From assembly GCF_006345805.1 (NCBI RefSeq), contig NC_043009.1:38502001-38566000 (forward strand): a stretch of 64,000 nucleotides of DNA. The letters run 5' to 3'. Below are positions 10,461-21,830 of the stretch, piece by piece (position 1 is the first letter of the stretch; the number at the start of each line of letters is the position of its first letter). Under the pieces are notes generated by a model. That model saw only the letters and a list, made by a program, of their open reading frames with translations. It had not been told where the DNA came from and ran no database searches. The DNA comes from Octopus sinensis (Eukaryota). A program made the position numbers and the translations under genes.

Positions 10461-12162
10461 TATTTCTTTATTACCCACTAGGGGCCACGAAGAGGGAACA
10501 TTACAAAACATGGGGGACATAAAACAATGCGATTAAAATTATGATTAAAATGTTAAAATGAAAAAATGATAACATGAAAGCGATGCTAACGGCCCCTCCG
10601 CCAGCATCACTTACCTTTCCGTTTCCTATCACGATTCCAAAGTTTTTCACCTCACCTTTCATTTCTCTCTCATATCTCTCTATCATATCATCCTTCATAA
10701 ATGCTGTTATACAATTTATACGTAGTTCATTGCACTTGCTCATCAAAGAGCCCATGAGTTCAAAATCGAATACCGCATAACTTCCGTCCTCATACTCCTG
10801 CCATACATCGTCTTCAAATAGCCTTCTTGCGTTCTCAGTATCCCCCTTCCCCACAACACATAAAAAGTAGGACTGGGGCTTTTGTATGTTCTGTGTGTCT
10901 GTTTTCGTTTTTCTTGTAGGCGGGGAGTGGGTGGGTTTGCTGTTTGCGGGGGCAGGATGGGTCTCCAAGGGTGTGGGTGGTATTGGGGTGGGTTGGGGCT
11001 TCGCACAGTTTTTTTCCTTTTCTTTCCTTTTCTCTTCTTTCTGCCCTCCTCACACTCTTTTTGCATCTCCTCCTCCTCTGTCATTTCCTTTCCGTCTGCT
11101 TCTCTTTAATTTCTTCTTCTTTTGGGGCCTCCTCTTTTGTAGTTTCCTCAACGATTTCCTTTTCTCTTGGTGGGGGAGGGCAGAAGGCTCTTATGTGGCC
11201 CCTCAGGCCACACTTGTAACAACGTGGAGCTCTGCCCTCCACCCACACTCTCATAATCACGTCTCCCAATTTAATGCTCTCCGCCAGGTCCACCAGTACC
11301 TCGCTCTCTCCGCCTGCACGTTCAGCTCCACTATTACGCCTCTCCAGCCCTCGGTCTTGACCGAGGCATGGAGAATATCTACTTTCTCCTCGTGGCCGCT
11401 GATCACAGCCGCCACAATCCACTCAGCCTCCACGTTTGGTGGCACTCCCTCCACCCTTACTCGTGTGATCCTTCTATTCAAGTACATAGGTAAAAGTGTT
11501 ACCCTTTCTGACTTCACCGCCTTCACCGCCATCCTCCTCGCTGCAGTCTCACTTTTAAAATGCACCACTACAGTACCGTACTTCGATCCTCGAGTCAGAA
11601 AAATGATTTCCTCCTCCGATCTTCTCAGGGCCTCCTCTATCCATTCCATGTTTACGATCTCTATTTTCTTTCTATCGTTCACGAACACCCTGTAAATTAT
11701 GGTCCTCTTATTGTACCATTCCTTTCTCTTTTTGGTGGTGGTTCCAGTTCCACCTCGCCGCTGTCCTCCTCATACACCTCTGGAAACCTGGCAATTTTTC
11801 TAGGTTTATTTCTTTTCCTGTTCCGTCTTCTTTTTTGCAACTCCTGCGTACGTTTTCCTGTTTTTTGTCTCCACATTATTTACATCACCGATTTGCTCGT
11901 CTTCAGAGTTCGATGTCTCCGACAAGCTCTCAAATATCCATTCTTCCTCCGACTCCTCCACTAGGTAGTGGTCATCCATTTCCTCCCGCCTGACAGGCCC
12001 AAACGGCCGTCAAAACAGAAAAGTGTTACGCGCAGAACCAGTGGAACGCGAAACCGCTTTAACGCCGTTCAAAATTACCAAAAACAACAACAACAACATT
12101 CTTTTTGATCTTTTTTTTACCGAATTTTACGAGCGTAAAAAACACGACCAAACTCAAACTGA
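10461..12162 (-). mobile_element. 1.7-kb ORF1-only (gag-like) non-LTR retroelement, Tx1/L1-related
   Basis: Flanked by a perfect 23-bp TSD CGATCAGCTAACTGCTCAACATC (10438-10460, 12163-12185); 3' end ..GCCCCTAGTGGGTAATAAAGAAATA; encodes ORF1 with a zinc knuckle; no endonuclease or RT motifs seen. Confidence 0.8.
10501..11979 (-). pseudogene. Frameshifted ORF1 protein with CX2CX4HX4C zinc knuckle
   Basis: MDDHYLVEE.. from 11979; segments FLTRGSKYGTVVVHF..LPMYLNRRITRVRVEGVPP (ORF 11257-11688), VEGRAPRCYKCGLRGHIRAFC (ORF 11081-11422), C-terminal part in ORF 10501-10968. Confidence 0.75.
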
Positions 12163-12567
12163 CGATCAGCTAACTGCTCAACATCAACGAAGCACATGGG
12201 TGAGTTTACATATATTACATCCGGATAAATGGCAAACTTTTACGAATTGCATTTCGGGAGAGGAAAAGTTTTTTCGGAATAAAAATTTAGCAATTAAGGA
12301 CAACCACTTACTAAGGAAAACTTAACAAGAAATGTCAGGTAGATAGCGTAAAAACCTCATAAGAGAAAAATTTCGAAAATAATTATTTCTTATTGAACAT
12401 ATTAATTTATATATAGAGGGCATTATACATACATGCCAGAAGGCATTATAATACATGCCAAACGCTAAGAGGGACAATTAGTCATTTCTACCAAAAATAT
12501 TACTAATCCCACCGAATGCAATTTTTCAAAGTAAGACATTTAAAAAAAATAAAAAATAAAAAAATAT

Positions 12568-12615
12568 AGACCTGTATCACAGTGATTTCATACTTACGTA
12601 CTCATCAGCAGGCCT
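12568..12615 (-). ncRNA. Type I hammerhead ribozyme, copy 2
   Basis: Exact reverse complement of 13020-13067; predicted cleavage after A17 = 12575. Confidence 0.85.
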
Positions 12616-13019
12616 GAATGTATTATAAATAAACAACGACCTATTTTTTTGGTAGAAATGACTAATTGTCCCTCTTAGCGTTTGGCATGTATGTATAATG
12701 CCTTCTGGCATGTATGTATAATGCCCTCTATATATAAATTAATATGTTCAATAAGAAATATTATTTCGAAATTTTTTTCTCTATGAGGTTTTTACGCTAT
12801 CTACCTGACAATTTCTTGTTAAGTTTTCCTTATTAAGTGGTTGTCCTAATTGCTAAATTTATTCCGAAAAAACTTTTCCTCTCCCGAAATGCAATTCGTA
12901 AAAGTTTGCCATTTATCCGGATGTAATATATGTAAACTCACCCATGTGCTTCGTTGATGTTGAGCAGTTAGCTGATCGGCTTAAGCGGGGCAGGGTCGTT
13001 GTTTATTTATAATACATTC

Positions 13020-13067
13020 AGGCCTGCTGATGAGTACGTAAGTATGAAATCACTGTGATACAGGTCT
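13020..13067 (+). ncRNA. Type I hammerhead ribozyme, copy 3
   Basis: Stem I AGGCCTG/CAGGTCT (7 bp, one G-U); core CTGATGA 13027-13033; stem II GTAC-GTAA-GTAT; GAAA 13046-13049; stem III ATCA-CTG-TGAT; NUH triplet ATA with cleavage after 13060. Confidence 0.85.
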
Positions 13068-13333
13068 ATATTTTTAAATGTCTTACTTTGAAAAATTGCA
13101 TTCGGTGGGATTAGTAATATTTTTGGTAGAAATGACTAATTGTCCCTCTTAGCGTTGGCATGTATGTATAATGCCTTCTGGCATGTATGTATAATGCCCT
13201 CTATATATAATTAATATGTTCAATAAGAAATAATTATTTTCGAAATTTTCTCTTATGAGGTTTTTACGCTATCTACCTGACAATTTCTTGTTAAGTTTTC
13301 CTTATTAAGTGGTTGTCCTTAATTGTTAATTGC

Positions 13334-13335
<2 letters not shown>

Positions 13336-13365
<30 letters not shown>

Positions 13366-13503
13366 TATTCGACGGGCTTCTTTCAGTTTCCGTCTACCAA
13401 ATCCACTCACAAGGCTTTGGTCGGCCCGAGGCTATAGTAGAAGACACTTGTCCACGGTGACACGCAGTGGGACTGAACCCGGAACCATGTGGTTCGTAAG
13501 CAA
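13336..13503 (-). mobile_element. 5' half of the SINE split by the ribozyme array
   Basis: rc of CCACATGGTTCCGGGTTCAGTCCCACTGCG...GAAAGAAGCCCGTCG then (TA)n; completes 9933-10184. Confidence 0.8.
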
Positions 13504-14675
13504 AGAAATTGTTAAATAATATCTATTTATAATAGTAAACCACTCTGTGCCCAGTGATATGACCTAGAAAATGAAGAAATGTAACTTACCGAGTTATTTG
13601 GAATAAAATCTTGTTTTTAGCTTCCTATGACTTGCTTTTCAAAATGAATTATTTGAAAACTTGTGATATCTTTCCATACAACGATAAAGCTCCAAAGAGT
13701 AAAATTGGTTTTGCAGTTAGTCAGAAAAAAAATGTCAATAGTTTATGTTAGATCCTCATAAAACGGAATTTGGCAATTTACCGAAGAAATATTTAAACAA
13801 ACATGAAACATGGTATTTTAAAGAAACAGGAAATTGGAAATTGTAACATTTATACCTTTTCCAAAGTCATAAACAAGAATAAAAGAAGTTGATTTCAATA
13901 AGAATCGAGCAGGATTGCAGACTCAGTTAACTGAGTTTATTTGTGAATTATGGTGCTTGCTATTGTTGGCAAAAATAATTGCTTTTATTTAGGCATGCGG
14001 AAATCGTTTCGTTCACACCATTTCCAAAGACAATATTAAAAGTAAATAAGGTGGCTAGCTGGCAGAATCGGTAGCACGCCTAGCGAAATGCTTGGGGTAC
14101 TCAGTCCAAATTCCGCTGAGGTTGACTTTGCCTTTCAGCCCTCGGAGTTCGATAAAATAAGTACCAGTTATACGCTGGGGCTGATGTAATCGACTTGCTC
14201 CCCGTCTTCGAAATTGCTGGCCCTGTGCCAAAATTTGAAACAATATTAAAAGTAAAGGATATTCTTTTACTTGTTTCTGTCATTTTGACAGCGGCCATGC
14301 TGGAGCACCGCTTTAAAGAGATTTAGTCAAACAGGACATCTTTTAAAGCCTAGTAGTTATTCTATCGGTCTGTTTTGCCGAACCGATAATTTAAGGGGAG
14401 GTAAACACAGCAGCACCGGTTGACAAGCGGTGATGGGGGAACAAACTCAGACACACACACACACAAACAAATATGTATACATAGTAAGAAATTTATCTAC
14501 AATAATTATTGTGGCAGTTTATATATCTGCTTCTATTTGCTAATTTGGTTATATTTTGTTAATTTATACTGCATACGAAAATAAAGACATACTACATACA
14601 GTGCTTACAAAAATAGAGATTAATGTATAGTTTTTTCTATGTTAAGGATATTTTGTTTACAGTATTGAAAATCAT

Positions 14676-14840
14676 ATGCCACCAAAGAAAAGAGACGTAA
14701 TCTCTCCAGAAACACGTATAAAGCAAGGAGGATTATAGAAAACCCAAGACGAGAGTCTCAAGAGGGAAGTGAGATGAGACTTTCACAAGATCAGCAAACG
14801 CATGCTGCAGCCAATCAAATAGAGTCTCGACGGAAGTGAA
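14676..14840 (+). pseudogene. Possible Helitron Rep/Hel N-terminal fragment
   Basis: MPPKKR + (frameshift) RNLSRNTYKARRII..ESQEGSEMRLSQDQQTHAAA resembles charged Helitron N-termini as I recall them; no catalytic motif present. Confidence 0.3.
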
Positions 14841-14982
14841 ATGATATTCTCGATTTGCTTGCCTAAAAAACAAAACAAAAAATCCTTCGAGGTGGTGCTG
14901 CAGTATGACCGTAATCAAATGACTGAAACAGATAAAAGAATAAAAGAATAAAAGATCCACATTGGAGAAGCAATAACGCACG

Positions 14983-15023
<41 letters not shown>

Positions 15024-17020
15024 ACACATATACAACAACACACACACACACGCATGAATGCACAAAAATACCTACTTAAAATGAGCTCTACATTTTCAAG
15101 TAAAGCATTCAATAATATATGGTAGTAATATATACTAATAGCATATTGTAGAGTGCATTATATATGTATATATATAACAATGTAAGGTTGGGAAAGAATC
15201 TGAAACTCCAGGAGTCTTTTAAAATAATTTATTAACTTAACCGGTTACTCTTATTTGAAAAGATTTTCAAAAGTAAAGCATGATGCTTTGTGTATCCTCC
15301 ACCACAGAGGATATATAAAATCTTATACTTTACATTTGAAAATCTTTTTAAATAAGTGAAACCGGTTAAGTTAATAAATTCCTTTAAAAATCTCCTGCAT
15401 CTTCAGAGTCTTTTTCTTATGCACACACACACACACACTCTTATATATATTATATAAATATGTATATATATGCGTATACGTATGAGTATATACATATATG
15501 TGTATATAATACGCACACATACATCTATGTGCTAATATCACTATTATTATATGAAAATTGTTCATAGCCCTCTCTTATAAACTGAAGTTTCATAGCTAAG
15601 GCCAGCGAATATAGGTGACGGGGCAACAAATGCGACCTCAGTATTACGGAAAAATTAAATATAACATCAACAATGAAGTTTTCTAAAGATTAGAGATGAA
15701 ACCTTCTCCCCTGGAATGCACAAGAAACAATTCATACTTCGAAATTTCAAGCATGCCCCTCTTCCTCATTCCACGCTTGGTAAGTGTTTTGGATATCGAT
15801 TATATGAACATTATGTACATTATACGTTTATGTGCATTAAACATCAAAGACATATACTCCCTTGAAAATATGCTGGATTCCCCAACTACGCAGGTTTATA
15901 TGCATAACACATATTCATGCCATCACGTAATTCAGAGGAAACGCATATGTATGTGACCTCATGAACTTATACCCCTATGGACTAAGTTTGGAGTCAAAAA
16001 TCTATGAAGCTCCATAAATAATTACATGCTTATACTCAAGCATTGATTACTTTTATGAATGTTAACTTTAACTTTATTCATAAATGATCATTATAATAAA
16101 GCATTTGTCAAGTAAGTACTAGGTATCCATGGTGCCGACAAGTTCTCGCCTCTTGAAATCGATAGTCCTGTTAACAAAACGCATGTTGTGCGTGTGTGTA
16201 TGGGTATGTGTGTGTATGTATTATTATATTTTTATTTGTTTTTTTATATGTGGATGCATGTATACGTATATATATATATATTTATAAATATGGTCGTACA
16301 CGAGCTCTCTCGCATACGATAATTAAAAAATTAATTAATCTATGGTTAACGCAAATTTCTTCCACAAACCCAGAGCTAATGCAAGGGGAATAGCAATCAA
16401 AATATTTTAATAAATTACCTCCTTAAACTGTGTGATTATTTCGAAATCCCGTTCGATCTTGTGTAACCATGTGTATTCCTAACCAAAATGGAGAAGAGTA
16501 CCAGTACTTCCATGTGGCACACTTGAACAATTGTTAAGATCCTTTCACGTGAAACCATTGGTTGCCTTGTTACCCATAAATAGACCGCAGCCACATGACT
16601 GAAACAAAAGAAAATGTATATTTCAGTCATGGGCAAATTGAGGCTCGTGAGACTTTTTGAATGGCACGCCTAAATAAAAGATGTCCTCGATTTTTCTTAG
16701 TGCTACCAGCCTGGAAAGTTATATCAGTTTTGGCTCGCTTCTCGAGAAAGGTTGCGCATGCCTCACACACACACAAACACACACATACACACGCACACAC
16801 ACACATACATGTATGTATGTATGTATGTATTTGTGTATGTATGTACCAATGTATGTCAACATTTATCGTCTACACTTGATATAATAAACAACATAACTAT
16901 ATACTCTATCCAGCGCATTGGGTTCAACATACATCAGATAATGTTAGTAATACATAATATATATCGCTGATAACTTTTATAAATCTCGCATTACGAAACA
17001 TATATATATATATATGTTTG

Positions 17021-17070
<50 letters not shown>

Positions 17071-17215
17071 TGTGTGTGTATGCTTATATAAGCATATATA
17101 TGTACATAAATGCATATCTATCACATAAACACATGTATGCGTGTGTATGAATGCATCTGATTTTATCTATCTATCTATCTCTCTATCTCTCTCTCTCTCT
17201 CTCTCCCTCTCCTCT

Positions 17216-17262
<47 letters not shown>

Positions 17263-17654
17263 TCACCTAGGCGTTAGCAGGAGAAATATAATGTAGCACA
17301 TTTATTGAACATGTCTTACCATCGAGGATAATCCGGATTGTGTTATTTCAACCATCGCTACTAACTGTTAGATGTACCGAGTGGCCGAGCATTTTTAGTA
17401 AGGAAGGCTTTTTCTTTTTTAGACGGGTTTGTTTGTTCTTTCGTTGTCTACGTGACAGTGAACAGTAGATTTGCCATTGGAAACTTAGAAGTAAAATATA
17501 TCTGACTGTGCTCCGAAAATAAATACCTCAGACGAGGTGACTGAATAAGATTGCTGTATTGGGTATGGAACAATAGGTTGCCAGGGTAACCACCGTGTGT
17601 CGAATGATATATATATTATATTATATATATATATATATATAATATATATATATA

Positions 17655-17699
<45 letters not shown>

Positions 17700-17905
17700 T
17701 TATATATATATGCATGCGTAAAGGTATACATACGCAGTGTATATACATACAAACCACAGCATGCTTAGACATAGATATGTACACAAACAAGAAAGCCATG
17801 GCGTGTAGAAGAGGGCTTTTACACTTACGATTATGCATACCCATACATAAAACAAACGATGTGCGTGTATATATGTATGTGTACATACATACCTACACAA
17901 CACAC

Positions 17906-17964
<59 letters not shown>

Positions 17965-18068
17965 CACATGGTATATATGTTTATTTCCGCCATACGTAGA
18001 TCTCACTATGTATGGTTATGATATGTGTATGTATGTAAGCATATATATATTCATATATTACATACATA

Positions 18069-18099
<31 letters not shown>

Positions 18100-18608
18100 A
18101 TATGTATGTATATATTTACACACACAGGGAGAGACTGAGAGACAGAGAGAAAGAAAAATGAAACACATTTCTACTCTTAAGGTAACCGATATATATATAT
18201 ATAATATATATATTATATATATATATAATATATATATATTAATATATATATATATACGCACATGCATCTACACGTATATTAACAAACAGACATTGACATC
18301 ACTACAATAATGGTACACATACATACATACATTCACGTACGCATATCAAATTTCTAACGGCAACCTAAGGCCACACTTTAGTAGTGGAAAGGTATTTCTG
18401 ATTAATTCGCCCCAATAATATCACACAATGTGATCGACTCCTTTGCAGTATTAACGACGGAGATCGTTTTCTGTTCGGCTGTCACTCGTAATCAGGTACG
18501 ACTCGGTCACAGAATACGGCTTTCTTTTCTTCCCTTTTCTTTTCTAGTGCAGCCGGGAGACGTTCAACAATAAACTTTTTGCTTTTTTCATGGGTTTGTA
18601 GACCTAAG

Positions 18609-18708
18609 NNNNNNNNNNNNNNNNNNNNNNNNNNNNNNNNNNNNNNNNNNNNNNNNNNNNNNNNNNNNNNNNNNNNNNNNNNNNNNNNNNNNNNNNNNNN
18701 NNNNNNNN
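18609..18708. other. Assembly gap (100 N)
   Basis: Run of n; the true length is unknown and hides the 5' end of the Penelope-like element. Confidence 1.
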
Positions 18709-20059
18709 TACCACTTTTTTTACATTCATTTCATGCTTTCACATTTTCCTGAATTTTGTTCTCCTTTCCGTCTTTCTTCCATCTCTGGATGTCCATACTC
18801 TGTTTCCTCTGCCTGCACCCCTTTTTTTGCCTCCCCCTCTCTCTGCTTCCCTTCTTCTTTCCCTTTTCGTTTGCCCGTCTTTCTGCCCTATCGCTACTTA
18901 TCTAGTTTTTTCATACGATTATTATTTTTTTCCCCTTTTTTCGCTTCCTTTTTTCTATTTTTTCATACGATAATTTTTTGTTTTTTTGTTTTTTTTGTTT
19001 TTTCGAACGTTGTTTTTTTCGCTATCCATCATGCCGGATCCTAGGTGCCTACCTCCTCACCCTCCATCACCGTTTGAAGGATCATCTCCGTTCTCTTCCT
19101 GTATATTGCCTTCAGCCGTCCGTTAATCTCTCTATTCTTTTTAAAAAAAACCCGCTCTCTAGCCATGTCTCTTCCTAAGCCGCTGCCTACATCACCGACT
19201 CATCCTAAAGGTTTCCGCCTCCACTTCCACCCTGCTCTCCACTCGGATTCTTCATCTTACCCATACTCCGCACCACATCTACCGCCTTATGCGGGCCACC
19301 ATTCGCTCCAATCTCTCTAAAAAACTACATGCCATCAACCGCCTTCTTCCTCCTGCTTTCTCCACTTCTTCTCCTCTCTGCCGCCTCTCTATGCTTCTCC
19401 AACACGCTACGCTCATTATCCATTTGAATCAACTTCCATCAATTTCTTTCTGATACCAAACTTCGTAAACTCAATCACTCCCATTCCACCCTACCCGACG
19501 CCACTACCCCAACTCCTCCACCACCCTTCTCCCCTCCCGATAGGTCCATCCACCCACACCTAACCCCACTGCCCCTCCCTACAACCCTTCTCCCCTCCCG
19601 TTAGGCTCCATCCACCTACACCTAACCCTACTGCCCCCCAACCACCCCCCACACACCTCCCAATCCCTCCCCCTCAGACCTCCACGAGACCTACCACCCC
19701 TCCTACTTCTATTCCACCACCCTTCTCAACTTCCGTCTGTTGTTACCATTCCCCCCGATCTTCCCCTCTCTGCGGCTGAACGCTCCGTCCTTGGTAGGGG
19801 TCTGCGTTTCATCCCCTCACTCCATCCTGTAAGGAATTCCAGACGCGAGTTGATGTCCACAGCTTTGTGCGCCGTGTCCGGTTGGGTGCGCATTACCACG
19901 ACTCGCCACCCACACCCAACGAAGAGGACTGCTTCACTGGCCTGGGCCGCCGACCATCCCCGTGGACGCCTGCCCCTGGCCAGATCCTAGCAGTGGATCT
20001 TTTCGCGGGCGCTTGTCAGCGTGCATTGGAGCGGTTCAACTTCTCCAGGCGCCAACGGC

Positions 20060-21240
20060 GCGCTGACATTATCATCAAACCGGCTGACAAGGGTGGAGCT
20101 GTAGTGGTGTGGCGCGCGGACCTCTATAGGGCCGAGGCTTTCCGCCAACTCAATGACACCTCCTTCTATTCCCCTCTGCCCTCTAACCCCACACGTAGCT
20201 ACCAACAGACGGTATCCTCTACTGTCCGCGACCTCATCGTCGTCTCCCGTCTCCCCCGCACCGCATCCAACCTAATTGTGCGAACCCCACGTACCCCCAC
20301 CATTTACTTCCTCCCAAAATCCACAAACCCAACAACCCTGGCCGCCCCATCGTCTCCGCCTGTAACTGCCCCACGGAGCTCATCTCTAAATACCTCGACC
20401 GTGTCCTTGCCCCCTAGTGGCATCTCTTCCCTCCCACATCCACGATACCAACCATGCTCTCCGGCTTTTCAACTCTTTCTCCTCCTCCCGGCTCCTCCAA
20501 AATCCTTTTTACTATGGACATCCAAAGCCTCTATACTGTTATCCCTCACCACGAAGGACTGCAGGCCCTTCGACACTTCTTGACCTCCGCTCTAACCCTG
20601 TACCTGACACTCCACACTCATTCGTCTGGCCGAACTTGTCCTTACTCTGAACTGCTTCTCGTTCGCGGGCGAGTTCTACCATCAGGTCTCGGGAGTGGCC
20701 ATGGGAACGCGAATGGGCCCCAACTATGCGAACCTGTTCGTTGGCTATGTTGAGGCCCAAATATTCTCTAATTTCACTGGTCCCACTCCTGAACTATATG
20801 GTCGTTACATTGACGACATTATCGGTGCCACCTCACTCTCCCGCGAACATCTAGATTCCTTCCTCTCTTTCGTCCAATCTTTCCATCCAGCCCTCCACTT
20901 CACTTCCACTATCTCCAACACCTCTGTCTCCTTCCTCGACATTTCGGTTAGCATTCTTCACTCCACTCTTACCACCTCCATTCACTACAAACACACAGAC
21001 TCACACTCATACCTCAACTTCTCTTCCCCCACCCAGAACACACCAAGCTTTCCATCCCTATTCCAATTCCTCCGTCTACGTAGGCTCTGTAGTGACGACC
21101 ATGACTTTGAGACTCAGTCTCAACGTATGGCTCACCACTTCACCTACGTGGATACCCCCTCACCACTATCCACACCGCCCTTGCCAGAGCACGGTCCGTG
21201 GACCGTGTATCTGCTCTCTCTCCCCGAACCCGCCCTGTAG
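20060..21240 (+). pseudogene. Penelope-type reverse transcriptase domain (split over three frames)
   Basis: ORFs 19867-20583, 20454-20753 and 20695-21240 carry consecutive RT motifs including YIDD. Confidence 0.85.
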
Positions 21241-21448
21241 TCTCCCGCCTCCCTTTTCCCCTCACTTACCCCCCACGACCCTACGTCTCCAACGCACCAT
21301 TCTTCGAGCTTTCCGTCATCTCCAGTCCGACCCGTCCACTTCACACCTCTTCCCTAACCGACCCCTCCCCTCTTTCAAACGAGCCCACAACCTTCGAGAC
21401 CTTTTGGTCCATAGCTCCTTCCCTGACCCTACCTCCCAACCCGGCTCG

Positions 21449-21830
21449 TTCCCCTGCTCCCGCCCACGTTGCCGCACTTGCCCTTACCTCTCCAAACACA
21501 CCCGCCTCACTAGCACCCACCATCGACCCTATCCCATCATCAACTCCTTCACCTGCACCTCCAGCAATATTATCTATTGCGTCTCTTGCTCTCTCTGCAA
21601 TTCCTTGTACATCGGACAAACGGGACGCCGCTTGGCTGACCGGTTCGCGGAACACCTTCGTGACATCCACCTTGCGAACGACACACCGGTCTCACGCCAT
21701 TCCGCTCCACCGGTCACTCCTTGCAACACCTATCTGTGTTCGGTTTGTCCTTACACAGAGGCCATCCGGATTCCCGTTTGCGCCGTGAACAGAAATAATC
21801 TTCTCTCTTCGCTCTTATACGCCATTGGTC
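21449..21830 (+). pseudogene. Zn-finger linker and GIY-YIG endonuclease domain of the Penelope-like element
   Basis: ORF 21092-22186: FPCSRPRCRTCPYL ... FTCTSSNIIYCVSCSLCNSLYIGQTGRRLADRFAEHLRDI. Confidence 0.85.

Larger units (their letters stand above)
10185..13335. repeat. Hammerhead-ribozyme tandem repeat array (retrozyme-like), unit ~475-495 bp, ~3 units, inverted at 12641/12642
   Basis: GGTAGAAATG recurs at 12651 and 13125 (474 bp); ribozymes at 10349 and 12568 are 2219 bp apart, of which 1725 bp is insertion+TSD (494-bp unit); 12642-13335 is the reverse complement of the left arm. Confidence 0.9.

Noticed and set aside
10886-11695. 269-aa plus-strand ORF
   Set aside because: Antisense shadow of the purine-rich ORF1 on the minus strand.
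18429-18608. Possible LTR (TG start, AATAAA) before the gap
   Set aside because: No second copy, PBS or PPT visible; truncated by Ns.
21198-21788. 196-aa overlapping ORF in the Penelope element
   Set aside because: Alternative frame of a very C-rich strand that is poor in stop codons; the motifs are in the 21092 frame.
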